From Candidatus Dormiibacterota bacterium (GTDB taxonomy: Bacteria > Chloroflexota > Dormibacteria > Aeolococcales > Aeolococcaceae): a DNA stretch of 16,551 bases. The translations under genes and the position numbers were made by a program. The notes beneath the pieces are model-generated. The model did not search any database and had not been told where the DNA came from. It saw only the letters and a program-made list of their open reading frames with translations. Positions 7,741 to 16,130 of this stretch are shown piece after piece. Within the stretch, counting starts at the first letter, position 1; every line of letters begins with the position of its first letter. Location of the stretch: contig CAVPXI010000019.1 of the NCBI GenBank assembly GCA_963709585.1, forward strand, positions 1 to 16,551, written 5' to 3'.

Positions 7741-8519
7741 TGACCACGCTTGCCGTCATCCAGGCGCGCTCGGGATCGACACGATTCCCGCGCAAAGTGC
7801 TGGCTCCGCTCCAGGGTCGACCCGTGCTCGCGCACGTCATCGAGCGCGTCTCGAGAGCCACCCTCCTTGACGGCGTCGTCGTCGCCACAACCGATGGCGC
7901 GATTGACGATGACGTTGCGTCACTTGCGATCACCTCAGGCGCACACGTCACGCGCGGGCCCGAGGACGATGTGCTCAGCCGCTACGTGCTGGCCGTCCGC
8001 GAGCACGGCGCCGGTGTCATCGTCCGTATCACCGCTGATTGCCCGCTCGTGGATCCGGCGATCATCGACCTCGTGATACGCGCCCGTGCCGACGAGGGTG
8101 CCGACTATGCGAGCAACGTGGCGCCCGCGACCTACCCGGACGGCTATGACGTCGAGACGCTGACCGCCGAGTGTCTCTTCCGCATCGACAGGGAGGCGAC
8201 CCTGGCGTACGAGCGCGAGCATGTCACCGTTCGAGTACGCGAGCACCTCGATGACTACCGGACGGCGCGGGTCCGCAACGATCGTGATCTCTCGTGGATG
8301 CGCCTCACCGTCGATCTCCCCGAGGATCTGGATCGGATTGCGCGCCTGCTGGCGACGCTGCCCGCGACACCGCCGCCCGGCCTCGCCGAGGTGGCCGCGG
8401 TCTATGAGCGAGATCCGGCGTTGCATGCCAGTCCGCTGCCGCCGCGCGACCAGCGATGGCACGCGCAGCGTGACGCCGCGCGCCGGAGGCCGCCGGCGGA
8501 GGAATCGCGTCCGGTATGA
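7740..8519 (+). CDS. spsF: SpsF-type cytidylyltransferase (CMP-nonulosonate synthetase; PseF role)
   Basis: AVIQARSGSTRFPRKVL, RGPEDDVLSRY, VRITADCPLVDP, YPDGYDVE, REHVT and RLTVDLPEDL; TGATG coupling to pseG. Confidence 0.88.
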   Translation: MTTLAVIQARSGSTRFPRKVLAPLQGRPVLAHVIERVSRATLLDGVVVATTDGAIDDDVASLAITSGAHVTRGPEDDVLSRYVLAVREHGAGVIVRITADCPLVDPAIIDLVIRARADEGADYASNVAPATYPDGYDVETLTAECLFRIDREATLAYEREHVTVRVREHLDDYRTARVRNDRDLSWMRLTVDLPEDLDRIARLLATLPATPPPGLAEVAAVYERDPALHASPLPPRDQRWHAQRDAARRRPPAEESRPV

Positions 8520-10066
8520 CGGTTCCGGCCGCTCCTGTCGCGCACGGGCGCCGCGTCTTCCGCAACACGCTGGTCACCGGAGCGGTCGGCGTGTTCTCCC
8601 TGCTGGCGAACTTCTTCGTGATCGGCGAGGCCGGCCATATCCTGGGCCCGAACCCGTACGGAATCCTCACGCTGGCATTGGCGTTCTCAGTGTCCGCCGG
8701 GTATCTGAGCATCTCCGACCTCGGCCTGCAGGCGGGCGTGACCCGCTTCATCGCCGATGCCGACGGACGCGGTCAGCGCGAGCGCATCGGCGAGGTGGTG
8801 AGCTCCGCACTCGCGGTGCTCTCCGCCACTGCTGTGGTCGCGGTCGCGATCCTGCTCACGCTCTCCGTTGTCGGAAGTCACCTTTTCGGCAAGGTCCACG
8901 GCGTCGCGCTCCAGAACGACCTCCACCTGCTGTTCGTGCTCTTCGCAGCCGAAGCCGTCTTCGGGTTGCCCGCGCTTGCATTCCTCGGCGTGCTCCAGGG
9001 ACTCCAGCGCTACGGGTGGATCAAGGTCGTGGATCTCTCGCGCCAGATCCTCTTCACGGTGCTCGCTCTGATCGTTCTCCTCACCGGTCGCGGCGTCGTC
9101 GCGTTCGGCGCCACCATGGTCGTGGCCACAGCGTTCGCCGCCGTCGGATACGCGGTTGTGGCCCACCTGCTCTGCCCCGAGATGCGCGTGTCTCCCCGAT
9201 TGATCAACCGCGCCGCGCTCCGACCTCTCGCCGGATTCAGCGCATGGGTGTTCATCTCGAGAATCAACGGCGTGATCTGGGCGCAGATGGACACCGTGAT
9301 CCTGTCCGTGATCGTCGGCATCAACGTGCTCGCCGGCGACAACTTCGCGGCCCGCCTGCAGTCGGCGGCATCCTATCCGCAATCGTTGAGCGCGGCTGCC
9401 GTCGTCCCCGCGTCGGCCAATCTCCTTGCGTTGGAGTTGCGCGTCCGCCTTCGCGCGCTGCTGATTCGCGGCACCCGCTACTCCCTGGAGCTCTCGTTGC
9501 CGGTCACGATCGCCGCGATGATCCTGGCACGCCCGCTCCTCATCTATTGGGTCGGCGACCAGTACGCGAGCTTCTCTGGACCGGCACAACTCTTTCTCAC
9601 CTATCAACTGGTGTCGTGCACGGCCGGGATCGCCAATACCATGCTGGTGGGGATGGGGCGCGTGCGCGCCGTGACCGTCTACGTAACCATCGCGATGGTC
9701 ATGAACCTCGGGATCTCGATTGCGCTGGCCCGCCCGCTCGGCGTCTCCGGGGTGATCATCGGGACCCTGGTCGGCTATGGGATCACCGCGCCGCTGTACA
9801 TCCGCCTGGTGCTTCGCGAGTTGTCGATGAGCGTCGCTGAATTCGTCACGCAGGCGATCCTGCCGATCCTGCCGTGGGCTGCCGTGTTCGCCGCCGTGGT
9901 CGCGCTCACGGCGCAACTTGTTGCGCCCACCAGCCTCATCGCAGTGGCGCTGTGCTGCGTTCCCGGAACGCTGGTGTACGTCGCGGGAGTGGTTCGTTTC
10001 GCGATGACCCGCGAGGAGCGCAGCGCGTTGTTCGGCTTCCTGCTTCCCGCATCCCGCTCACGCTGA
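8516..10066 (+). CDS. wzx: Wzx-like polysaccharide flippase (MOP superfamily), 516 aa
   Basis: Many hydrophobic segments, RNTL start motif, LGPNPYG, DLGLQAGVTRFIA and QMDTVIL; ATGA coupled to spsF. Confidence 0.85.
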   Translation: MTVPAAPVAHGRRVFRNTLVTGAVGVFSLLANFFVIGEAGHILGPNPYGILTLALAFSVSAGYLSISDLGLQAGVTRFIADADGRGQRERIGEVVSSALAVLSATAVVAVAILLTLSVVGSHLFGKVHGVALQNDLHLLFVLFAAEAVFGLPALAFLGVLQGLQRYGWIKVVDLSRQILFTVLALIVLLTGRGVVAFGATMVVATAFAAVGYAVVAHLLCPEMRVSPRLINRAALRPLAGFSAWVFISRINGVIWAQMDTVILSVIVGINVLAGDNFAARLQSAASYPQSLSAAAVVPASANLLALELRVRLRALLIRGTRYSLELSLPVTIAAMILARPLLIYWVGDQYASFSGPAQLFLTYQLVSCTAGIANTMLVGMGRVRAVTVYVTIAMVMNLGISIALARPLGVSGVIIGTLVGYGITAPLYIRLVLRELSMSVAEFVTQAILPILPWAAVFAAVVALTAQLVAPTSLIAVALCCVPGTLVYVAGVVRFAMTREERSALFGFLLPASRSR

Positions 10067-11421
10067 TGGACCGCGTTCGGGTCCTTGCCATGGACCATTT
10101 CTCCGACCAGGATCTGCGCGCGCTCGAGGCAGACCCGCGCCTCGATGTCCGGCGGTTTCCCTATCAGCGGTTCCGCCAACCCGCGATCCGGATCATGGGC
10201 CGCGCCGTCGCCCGAGGCCTGCACGCTTACAACAATCCGGACATCGCCGCGGCCAGGCTCCGTTACGCGGCCTGGCTCCAGCGCGAGGTGGAGCGTCTCT
10301 TCCTGGAGCGCGCCTTCGACGTGATTCTCCTCCCCTCCGACACGTTCTTCTACGTGCGAAGCCTGCCTGGCGCGGCGCACGCGCTCGGCATTCCCGTCGT
10401 GGTCATGCAGAAGGAGACGACCATCTCCGTGCACACTATGGAGGAGCACAGCCAGGAGATGCGCATCGAAGCGCCGTTCGTCGCCGACTGGATGACGGTG
10501 TGCAGCGAGCGACATCGCGAGTTCTGGATGCGAGCCGGTGCGGACGGCGCTCTCGTCGAGGTGACCGGGCAGCCGCGTTTCGACATCTACGCCTCGCGGC
10601 GAACGCGACCGCCGTCAGCGCGACGCCGCATCCTGTTTCTGACCAACGAGCTCGACGCGTACGTCCCGGGCGTCGGCCAGGGGATGGGGCTCCGAACCTG
10701 GGAGCCGCTTCGCGATGCGACCGAAGCCGCGCTCTTCGATGCGGTGCGACAGGGAACATGCGAGGTCCTGGTGAAGATTCACCCGCAGCAGAATCATCGC
10801 GTCGAGTTGGCGCGGATCGCGCACCGCTCCGGCGATCGCTGGCAGCACGGCGTCGAGGTCGCCCCCCCGGACGCGGACACCCGCGAGCTCATCGTCCGCG
10901 CCGACTTCGTGGTCGGGTTTCAGTCAACCGCCCTGTACGAAGCGGTCGCCGCGGGCAGGCCGGTCATCTACGCGGCCTGGGGCGATGAGTACGAGCGTTT
11001 CCGCAGCGGTTTGATCCCCTTCGACCAGGCTGCGTCCGCGTGCGTGCATCACGCGACGTCCGCAGGTGAGCTGGCCACGCTGCTTTCCGAGGATATGCCG
11101 GCGGCCGGCGTGGGGTGCACCGCGTGGTACGAGGAGGCGCTGGGTCCAGTCGACGGGCAGGCGACCGACCGCGTTGCGCGGCGGCTGATGTCGCTCGCAG
11201 CCGCATGGTCGCCGACACTGCGACGCCGCGAGCTCGAGAGGCGGCGAACCCGCTTCGCGGTCGGACTGCTCGCCCGAGCGCTGATCGCGCAGACCGTGTG
11301 GACGGTTGCGATTCCGGTGGCGAATGCCGCCGGTGAGTCACGGCGGGTTGGAATGCGGCGCCGGCGCGCCAGCGAAAAACGCCGGCTGGCGATCGGAACG
11401 CTCCGCCGGCGATCTCACTGA
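10066..11421 (+). CDS. Putative GT-B glycosyltransferase (TagB/TagF- or capsule-synthesis-like); candidate nonulosonate transferase
   Basis: ATG 10066 overlaps the wzx stop. Motifs VTGQPRFD, VKIHPQQ, ADFVVGFQSTALYEAVAAGRPVI and DGQATDRV are typical of GT-B enzymes that use CMP/CDP donors. Confidence 0.7.
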   Translation: MDRVRVLAMDHFSDQDLRALEADPRLDVRRFPYQRFRQPAIRIMGRAVARGLHAYNNPDIAAARLRYAAWLQREVERLFLERAFDVILLPSDTFFYVRSLPGAAHALGIPVVVMQKETTISVHTMEEHSQEMRIEAPFVADWMTVCSERHREFWMRAGADGALVEVTGQPRFDIYASRRTRPPSARRRILFLTNELDAYVPGVGQGMGLRTWEPLRDATEAALFDAVRQGTCEVLVKIHPQQNHRVELARIAHRSGDRWQHGVEVAPPDADTRELIVRADFVVGFQSTALYEAVAAGRPVIYAAWGDEYERFRSGLIPFDQAASACVHHATSAGELATLLSEDMPAAGVGCTAWYEEALGPVDGQATDRVARRLMSLAAAWSPTLRRRELERRRTRFAVGLLARALIAQTVWTVAIPVANAAGESRRVGMRRRRASEKRRLAIGTLRRRSH

Positions 11422-12500
11422 TCCGGCCACCGACGCCTCGTCCAGAAGACTTCGTGATCGTCGCGACCGAGCGCCCAGAGCGTTCGCCGAGCCAGATCAC
11501 CGGCACGGCCGGCGCGTTGCGAGAGGGTGGGCCGCGGCGCGTTGCCGGCGATATCGCGAATCAGCTCGACGGCCTCGGATGCGCCGATGACCCGCTCGTT
11601 CGCCGCCCGCTCCACCAGCCAGAACGCGAGATCGTAGAAGCGGTAGAGACGCAGCAGGCACACATGCCGGATGAGCTCGGTCATCGACTCCGATGACGGC
11701 TGCAACGCCGACTCGCGGAAATACAGTGCGTCGCCCGCGACCAACTCCGCGCTCAACGCCGCACTCCCGGTCGCGGTGTGCAGGTACTTGCGCAGATAGT
11801 GGTGGGGCTGATCGTCCGCGTTGCGATAGGCACGGTGGGTGCGCAGGTCGAGCAGTCGGAAGCCGCGCTCGCGCATGAACGCGTGCACGTCGCCGAATCC
11901 CGGCTGGCCCTTGTACAGCTCCATGAACTCCACCTCGGTCTCGACGCAGAGCACCGCCTCGAACTGTCCGGGCGTCAGCGATGAGAGGATCTCCAGCTCG
12001 GTTCCCTGGGTGTCGAGCTTCATGAGCGCCGGCACCGGACGCTGGTACTCGACAAGGAAGTCGCGCAACGACTTGCACTCGACCTCGACGATGCGCCGGA
12101 CGCCTGCGTACGACCGTCCGCTGTACTCGAGGATCACCGGGTCGTTGGGTGGATACAACGAGGAACCGGTCGGCCGGTTGAGGATGTAGAACGGGCGTCG
12201 ACCGCTCGTGCCTGCCAGCGCGACCGGGAACCAGTGGACATTCACTGGCGAGTCGCGCTGCCGGGCGGCGCATTCATCTTCGTCGGGCTCGAAGCAATCA
12301 ACCTCCATCACGGGGAGGAAATCGCGCCACTGGGGGGCGACCCCGCCCGCTGCGCCGACATCCATGGCGCGCAGCGGATCGGTTGCGAGCGTTGTCGCGA
12401 TGATGCCGTCGGGGTCGAGCGGGCTTCTCCGCTCACGTGCCTGGTGACGAGATCGCGCGACCGTCCGCATGATCCTGCGGATCGATCCGCCCCCTGACAT
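11415..12500 (-). CDS. FkbM-family SAM-dependent methyltransferase
   Basis: MDVGAAGG, CFEPD, PVALAG, MKLDTQGTELEIL and VETEVEFMELYKGQPGFGDVHAFMRERGF. Start is 12500 or 12470. Confidence 0.88.
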   Translation of the reverse strand: MSGGGSIRRIMRTVARSRHQARERRSPLDPDGIIATTLATDPLRAMDVGAAGGVAPQWRDFLPVMEVDCFEPDEDECAARQRDSPVNVHWFPVALAGTSGRRPFYILNRPTGSSLYPPNDPVILEYSGRSYAGVRRIVEVECKSLRDFLVEYQRPVPALMKLDTQGTELEILSSLTPGQFEAVLCVETEVEFMELYKGQPGFGDVHAFMRERGFRLLDLRTHRAYRNADDQPHHYLRKYLHTATGSAALSAELVAGDALYFRESALQPSSESMTELIRHVCLLRLYRFYDLAFWLVERAANERVIGASEAVELIRDIAGNAPRPTLSQRAGRAGDLARRTLWALGRDDHEVFWTRRRWPDQ

Positions 12501-12518
12501 GCCGGTTGCGCCCGACCT

Positions 12519-14502
12519 TCAGTATCCCCACATGTGCTGCAGCGACACGCTGCCGGCCGTCGAGCATGTGAGGATCTGACAGTTGACATCCGCGTCGGCA
12601 GACGTCACCAGGACGGTTCCGTATCCGCTCTCGCCGAGGAACTGGTCGAGTTCGTCGAAGAGCTCGTCGGCCCAGAGCACCCTGCCCGTGAAGGCGGTCA
12701 CGTCCGCCTCGGCGGTTCTCGCCGCTCCGTTCGGTGCGAAGAGCCGAACCTTCACGGTGGCGATTGTCGTGTGGCTCAGGTTTCCGGAGCCGTTGACGGC
12801 GAGGATCCCCGTGCGCAGCCCTCGCGCGGTGCGCACCTGCCCGACGATGTTGGTCCGGCCGACCACGCCTTTCGAGGGATGCAGCCAATGCGGAAACCCG
12901 TCGATCGTGGCGTTGAGATTCCGCCAGCAGCTTTGGAACTCGGTGACGTCGCGATCCCCGGTGCGCTTGTTTCGCACCACCAGGTTGCCGCAGGCATTGA
13001 TGCGCTGCGGGTCGATGTTCATCGTCTTCCAGTCGGGGCTGACCAGCACGAGTTGGGGGCGCCCCCCGTCGGGCGTCGAGAAACCTGCGAGCAACTCGTC
13101 GGCATAGTGATAGCCGGACTTCGGCAGCGCGATCGCTCGTCTGCCGAGCACCGTGCCCTCGCCGTCGAAGAACACCAGGACGAAGTCTGTGAGCTGCGGG
13201 TTCGCCGCCTCGAACGAGAAGCCGAACTCGATCTCCGACGAGTTGTCGAGCAGGGGAAGACCATGCGGCCAGAACAGGAATCCCCGCTCCTCCATCAACT
13301 CCAGGAACTCGCGACGCTCCGAGGAGAGCGGCGGCCGGTGCTCGACCTGGGCGACGGTCACCTCGTGGTTGCCACGGATCGACGGTCGATCCTTACCCGA
13401 TCCCTCGTCGAACGCGAACCAGTACGAGGTGCCGTGCCCCTGGTATCGGTAGCCCCAAAACCCCGGATGGGTCTCGCCGTGCGGCTCAGGGGGAACGTTG
13501 ACCTGCTGGATGGTGCGCGATGCGTCGCGGGGGAACGTGCCCTTGTTCGTGCCACGTGCCCAGTGCACCTCACTGTCGGAGTTGCTGAGCCGGTGGTCGT
13601 AGTTCGGGAGCGTGAGCACCAGGCTGGCCGATCGCAATTCGCTGAGCGGGATGCGGGACTCGCAGACGTGGTCGGGACCGTAGTCGTGAGCGCCGTGGAG
13701 GCTCGTCAACGAGTCCTTCCAGAAGAGATCTGCCCACACCCGCCATCGCGGATGACGGTTGCCGGTCAGCGCGGGATGGGTGGTTCTCACCTCGATGACC
13801 GCCGTGCCTTCGCGGTCCGGCAGCAGGTCGTCGAGCGTGAAGTGCACGGTCTCCTGCGGGCGCATCATCAGGAATCGTTCGTGGTGGCTCTGCGCGTCGC
13901 TGCTGGTGACTTCGAACCAGCAGCGGATCCTTGATCGGAAAGAAATCCGAGAAGTGGTGAAAGAGGTAGATGTCGGCCGCCTCGACCTCGGCCGGAATCG
14001 GAATCGTGGAACCGCAGTACTCGAAGCTCTGCCCGACCCAGAACACCGGCGTTACCGAGTCCCCGCGCTCCACCCATCGCAACGCGTTCAGATAGGCGGT
14101 CTTGACATCCGCACCGCCGACGACGAGCGCGTCGTAACGATGGAGGTCCTGGGTCGCGGGCAGCGCCGCCCCGGCGAGGACGTCGCCGTCGCGGTGCGAG
14201 ACCCAGTCCCAGGTCACCTCCGGGGTGGCGGCCATCAGGGCATCCCGGAACTCGGCGTCCCCGTACACGACACCGGTCCGGACCGCCCGTTCGCGCACCT
14301 GCGCGACAACGGCGGCGAGATCCTGGTCGATCGATGCGATCTTCGGGCGGGGAGCGCCCGAGGCAGGAGCCGTTTCCTGCCGACGCTGCTGCCAGCGCTG
14401 GCGCAGCTTCATTCCGAGGAGTCCGGGGTCCGACCGGAGGGTCGCGACGGCCCGGGCCACCTCACTGCGAAGCGGTCGGGCGGAGGACGGTCGGGTGGTC
14501 AT
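12519..14502 (-). CDS. Uncharacterised ~660-aa protein with an apparent +1 frameshift at ~13917; joins ORFs 13570-14502 and 12519-13868
   Basis: The 14502 frame reads protein-like up to FPIKDPLL. Removing one G (minus strand CTGCTGGTTCGAAGTC) gives FEVTSSDAQSHHERFLMMRPQETV, running into the 449-aa ORF. GGGGG lies upstream of ATG 14502. Confidence 0.75.
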
Positions 14503-14549
14503 GTGGCGCCCCCATGATGAGATTGGAATCGAGCGGCCGTGCCTCGGTG

Positions 14550-14555
14550 ATTATG
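14550..14555 (-). promoter_or_regulatory. Possible internal -10 box (CATAAT) for the uncharacterised protein and FkbM genes
   Basis: ATTATG at 14550-14555 lies in a 61-nt gap, the largest inside this operon, about 48 nt upstream of ATG 14502. Confidence 0.35.
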
Positions 14556-14563
14556 GCCGGATG

Positions 14564-15071
14564 TCACCGTTTGGCCTCGACCGATCGCTCCAGGACGACG
14601 AACCCACGCCGCTGACGTCCTGTATCGCTGAACCCCGCCCGCTCGAAGGACCGGAGTGAGGCCGTGTTCTCCCCGTGCACCAGGGCCAGGAGGCTCCGAA
14701 CCGCGGCGTCCGCCTCCATCTCGATCACGAGAGCCCGGAGCATCCTCGAACCGACGCCTCTTCCGCGGCGCGCGGGCGCGACCGAAATCGACACCGTGCC
14801 GGTTTCATCCTCCAGGTCGATACGGACCTGCCCGACGGGCTCCCCCGCCTCCTCGGCGATCCACAGGCGCGGCGCCGGGCGCTGCCAGTCTCGCGGTAAG
14901 CCAGTTCGCGTGCTCGGCGGCGGCGACCGGCCGGCCGCTGAGGCTGTAGCGCACCACGTCCTGGTCATTGCGCCACTCGATTAGGAGTGCGCGGTCGGCC
15001 GAGGTCGCGGGGCGGAGGACGACCTCGTTCCCGGCGGGCCAGTCGGTGGTCAGCGGACCAGGTCGTCCCAC
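14564..15071 (-). CDS. pseH: GNAT N-acetyltransferase, PseH/SpsD-like, with an apparent +1 frameshift at ~14866-14880
   Basis: N-half VVLRPATSADRALLIEWRNDQDVVRYS...EHANWL is in one frame. C-half RLWIAEEAGEPVGQVRID...RRGRGVGSRML...NTASLRSFERAGF is in the next frame. Probable GTG start at 15071 after AGGTG, overlapping the pseI end. Confidence 0.78.
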
Positions 15072-16129
15072 TCGAGCACCTGGTCGCTGGTCACGTCGCG
15101 GGCGACGTGGCGTCCGACGACCTGGTCGAGGGCGTCGATGGGGATGCCGAACCCGGGGCGCTTGATCGCCAGGTCGTCGCGGGTGAGCTCGCCGCCCGCG
15201 GGGACGTCGCGCGCAGCCACGATGCTTCGCCGCCCGAGCCGGAACAGATCGGCTTCCGCATCGGTCACCCGCTTGACGCTCGAACCCAATGCGCCCTCGG
15301 TCTCGCGTATCGCCACGACCATTGCCGCAAGCTCGGCGGGTTCCAGCGCGAAGGCATGGTCGGGGCCCGCCTGGTCGCGACTCAGGGTGAAATGCTTCTC
15401 CACCGCGCATGCACCGAGGGTCACCGCCACAACGTCGGCGGTGTGACCCGGCGTGTGGTCGGACCAGCCGACGGGGATCTGGAAGGCGCTGCGCATCGTA
15501 GTGATCGCCCGCAGGTTGAGATCGTCAAAACGCGGCGGGTAGTTGACCGCGCAGTGCATGACCATGAGGTCGCGGGCTCCCGCGCCGGCTGCGGCATCGA
15601 GCGCGCGCTCGATGTCGCCAAGGGAAGCCATGCCCGTCGAGAGCAGGATCGGTTTGCCGGTGCGGGCGACGCGCTCAATCAGCGGGAGGTGATTCACCTC
15701 GTACGACGCGATCTTGTATGCAGGGACGCCGACCTCCTCGAGCACGTCGACGGCGGCTTCCTCGAACGGCGTCGAGAAGAACGGGATGCCGCATGACGCG
15801 GCGTGGCGCGCGAGGTCCTGATGCCACTCCCACGGGATTTCGACACGTTTGATCAGCTCCCACACCGATTCCTGGTTGGCGAGGAGCCCCTTCTCCTTGA
15901 GGTAGCGCATGTCCGGGGTGCGCCGCGAGTACAGGCCCTCGGCGGTGTACGTCTGGAACTTGACCGCATTCGCCCCGGCCTCCGCGGCGACTTCGATCAG
16001 ACGCAGCGCCGTGGGCAGGTCGCGGTTGTGATTCGCTCCGGCCTCGGCGATCACATAGCAGGGATGTCCGGGACCGACCGCGCGGTCGCCGATCAGGAAC
16101 TCGGAATTGCCGTAGACCCGAGCCGTCAT
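15050..16129 (-). CDS. pseI: NeuB-family nonulosonic acid synthase with C-terminal SAF domain (PseI/SpsE-like)
   Basis: VIAEAGANHN, AVKFQTY, FSTPFE, YKIASYE, ILLSTGMA, MHCAVNYP, GWSDHT, EKHFTLSR, GPDHAFALEP and the SAF-type RRSIVAARD..KRPGFGI. Pse specificity is inferred from neighbours. Confidence 0.88.
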   Translation of the reverse strand: MTARVYGNSEFLIGDRAVGPGHPCYVIAEAGANHNRDLPTALRLIEVAAEAGANAVKFQTYTAEGLYSRRTPDMRYLKEKGLLANQESVWELIKRVEIPWEWHQDLARHAASCGIPFFSTPFEEAAVDVLEEVGVPAYKIASYEVNHLPLIERVARTGKPILLSTGMASLGDIERALDAAAGAGARDLMVMHCAVNYPPRFDDLNLRAITTMRSAFQIPVGWSDHTPGHTADVVAVTLGACAVEKHFTLSRDQAGPDHAFALEPAELAAMVVAIRETEGALGSSVKRVTDAEADLFRLGRRSIVAARDVPAGGELTRDDLAIKRPGFGIPIDALDQVVGRHVARDVTSDQVLEWDDLVR

Positions 16130-16130
16130 T

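Noticed and set aside
8221-9840. 539-aa Arg/Pro-rich ORF overlapping spsF and wzx
   Set aside because: Alternative frame of real genes, with the composition typical of off-frame GC-rich sequence.
11606-11617. CCCGCTCCACCA, identical to the tRNA-Ala 3' end (possible attR)
   Set aside because: Only 12 bp of GC-rich sequence inside the intact FkbM coding region (LVER codons), with no integrase or boundary nearby; chance is likely.
12534-13934. 466-aa plus-strand ORF
   Set aside because: Antisense shadow of the minus-strand gene; such ORFs are common in high-GC DNA and it has no recognisable motif.
15051-15053. Possible non-canonical CTG start (CTGA overlap) for the GNAT gene
   Set aside because: An in-frame GTG at 15071 with an AGGTG SD-like sequence explains initiation without a rare codon.
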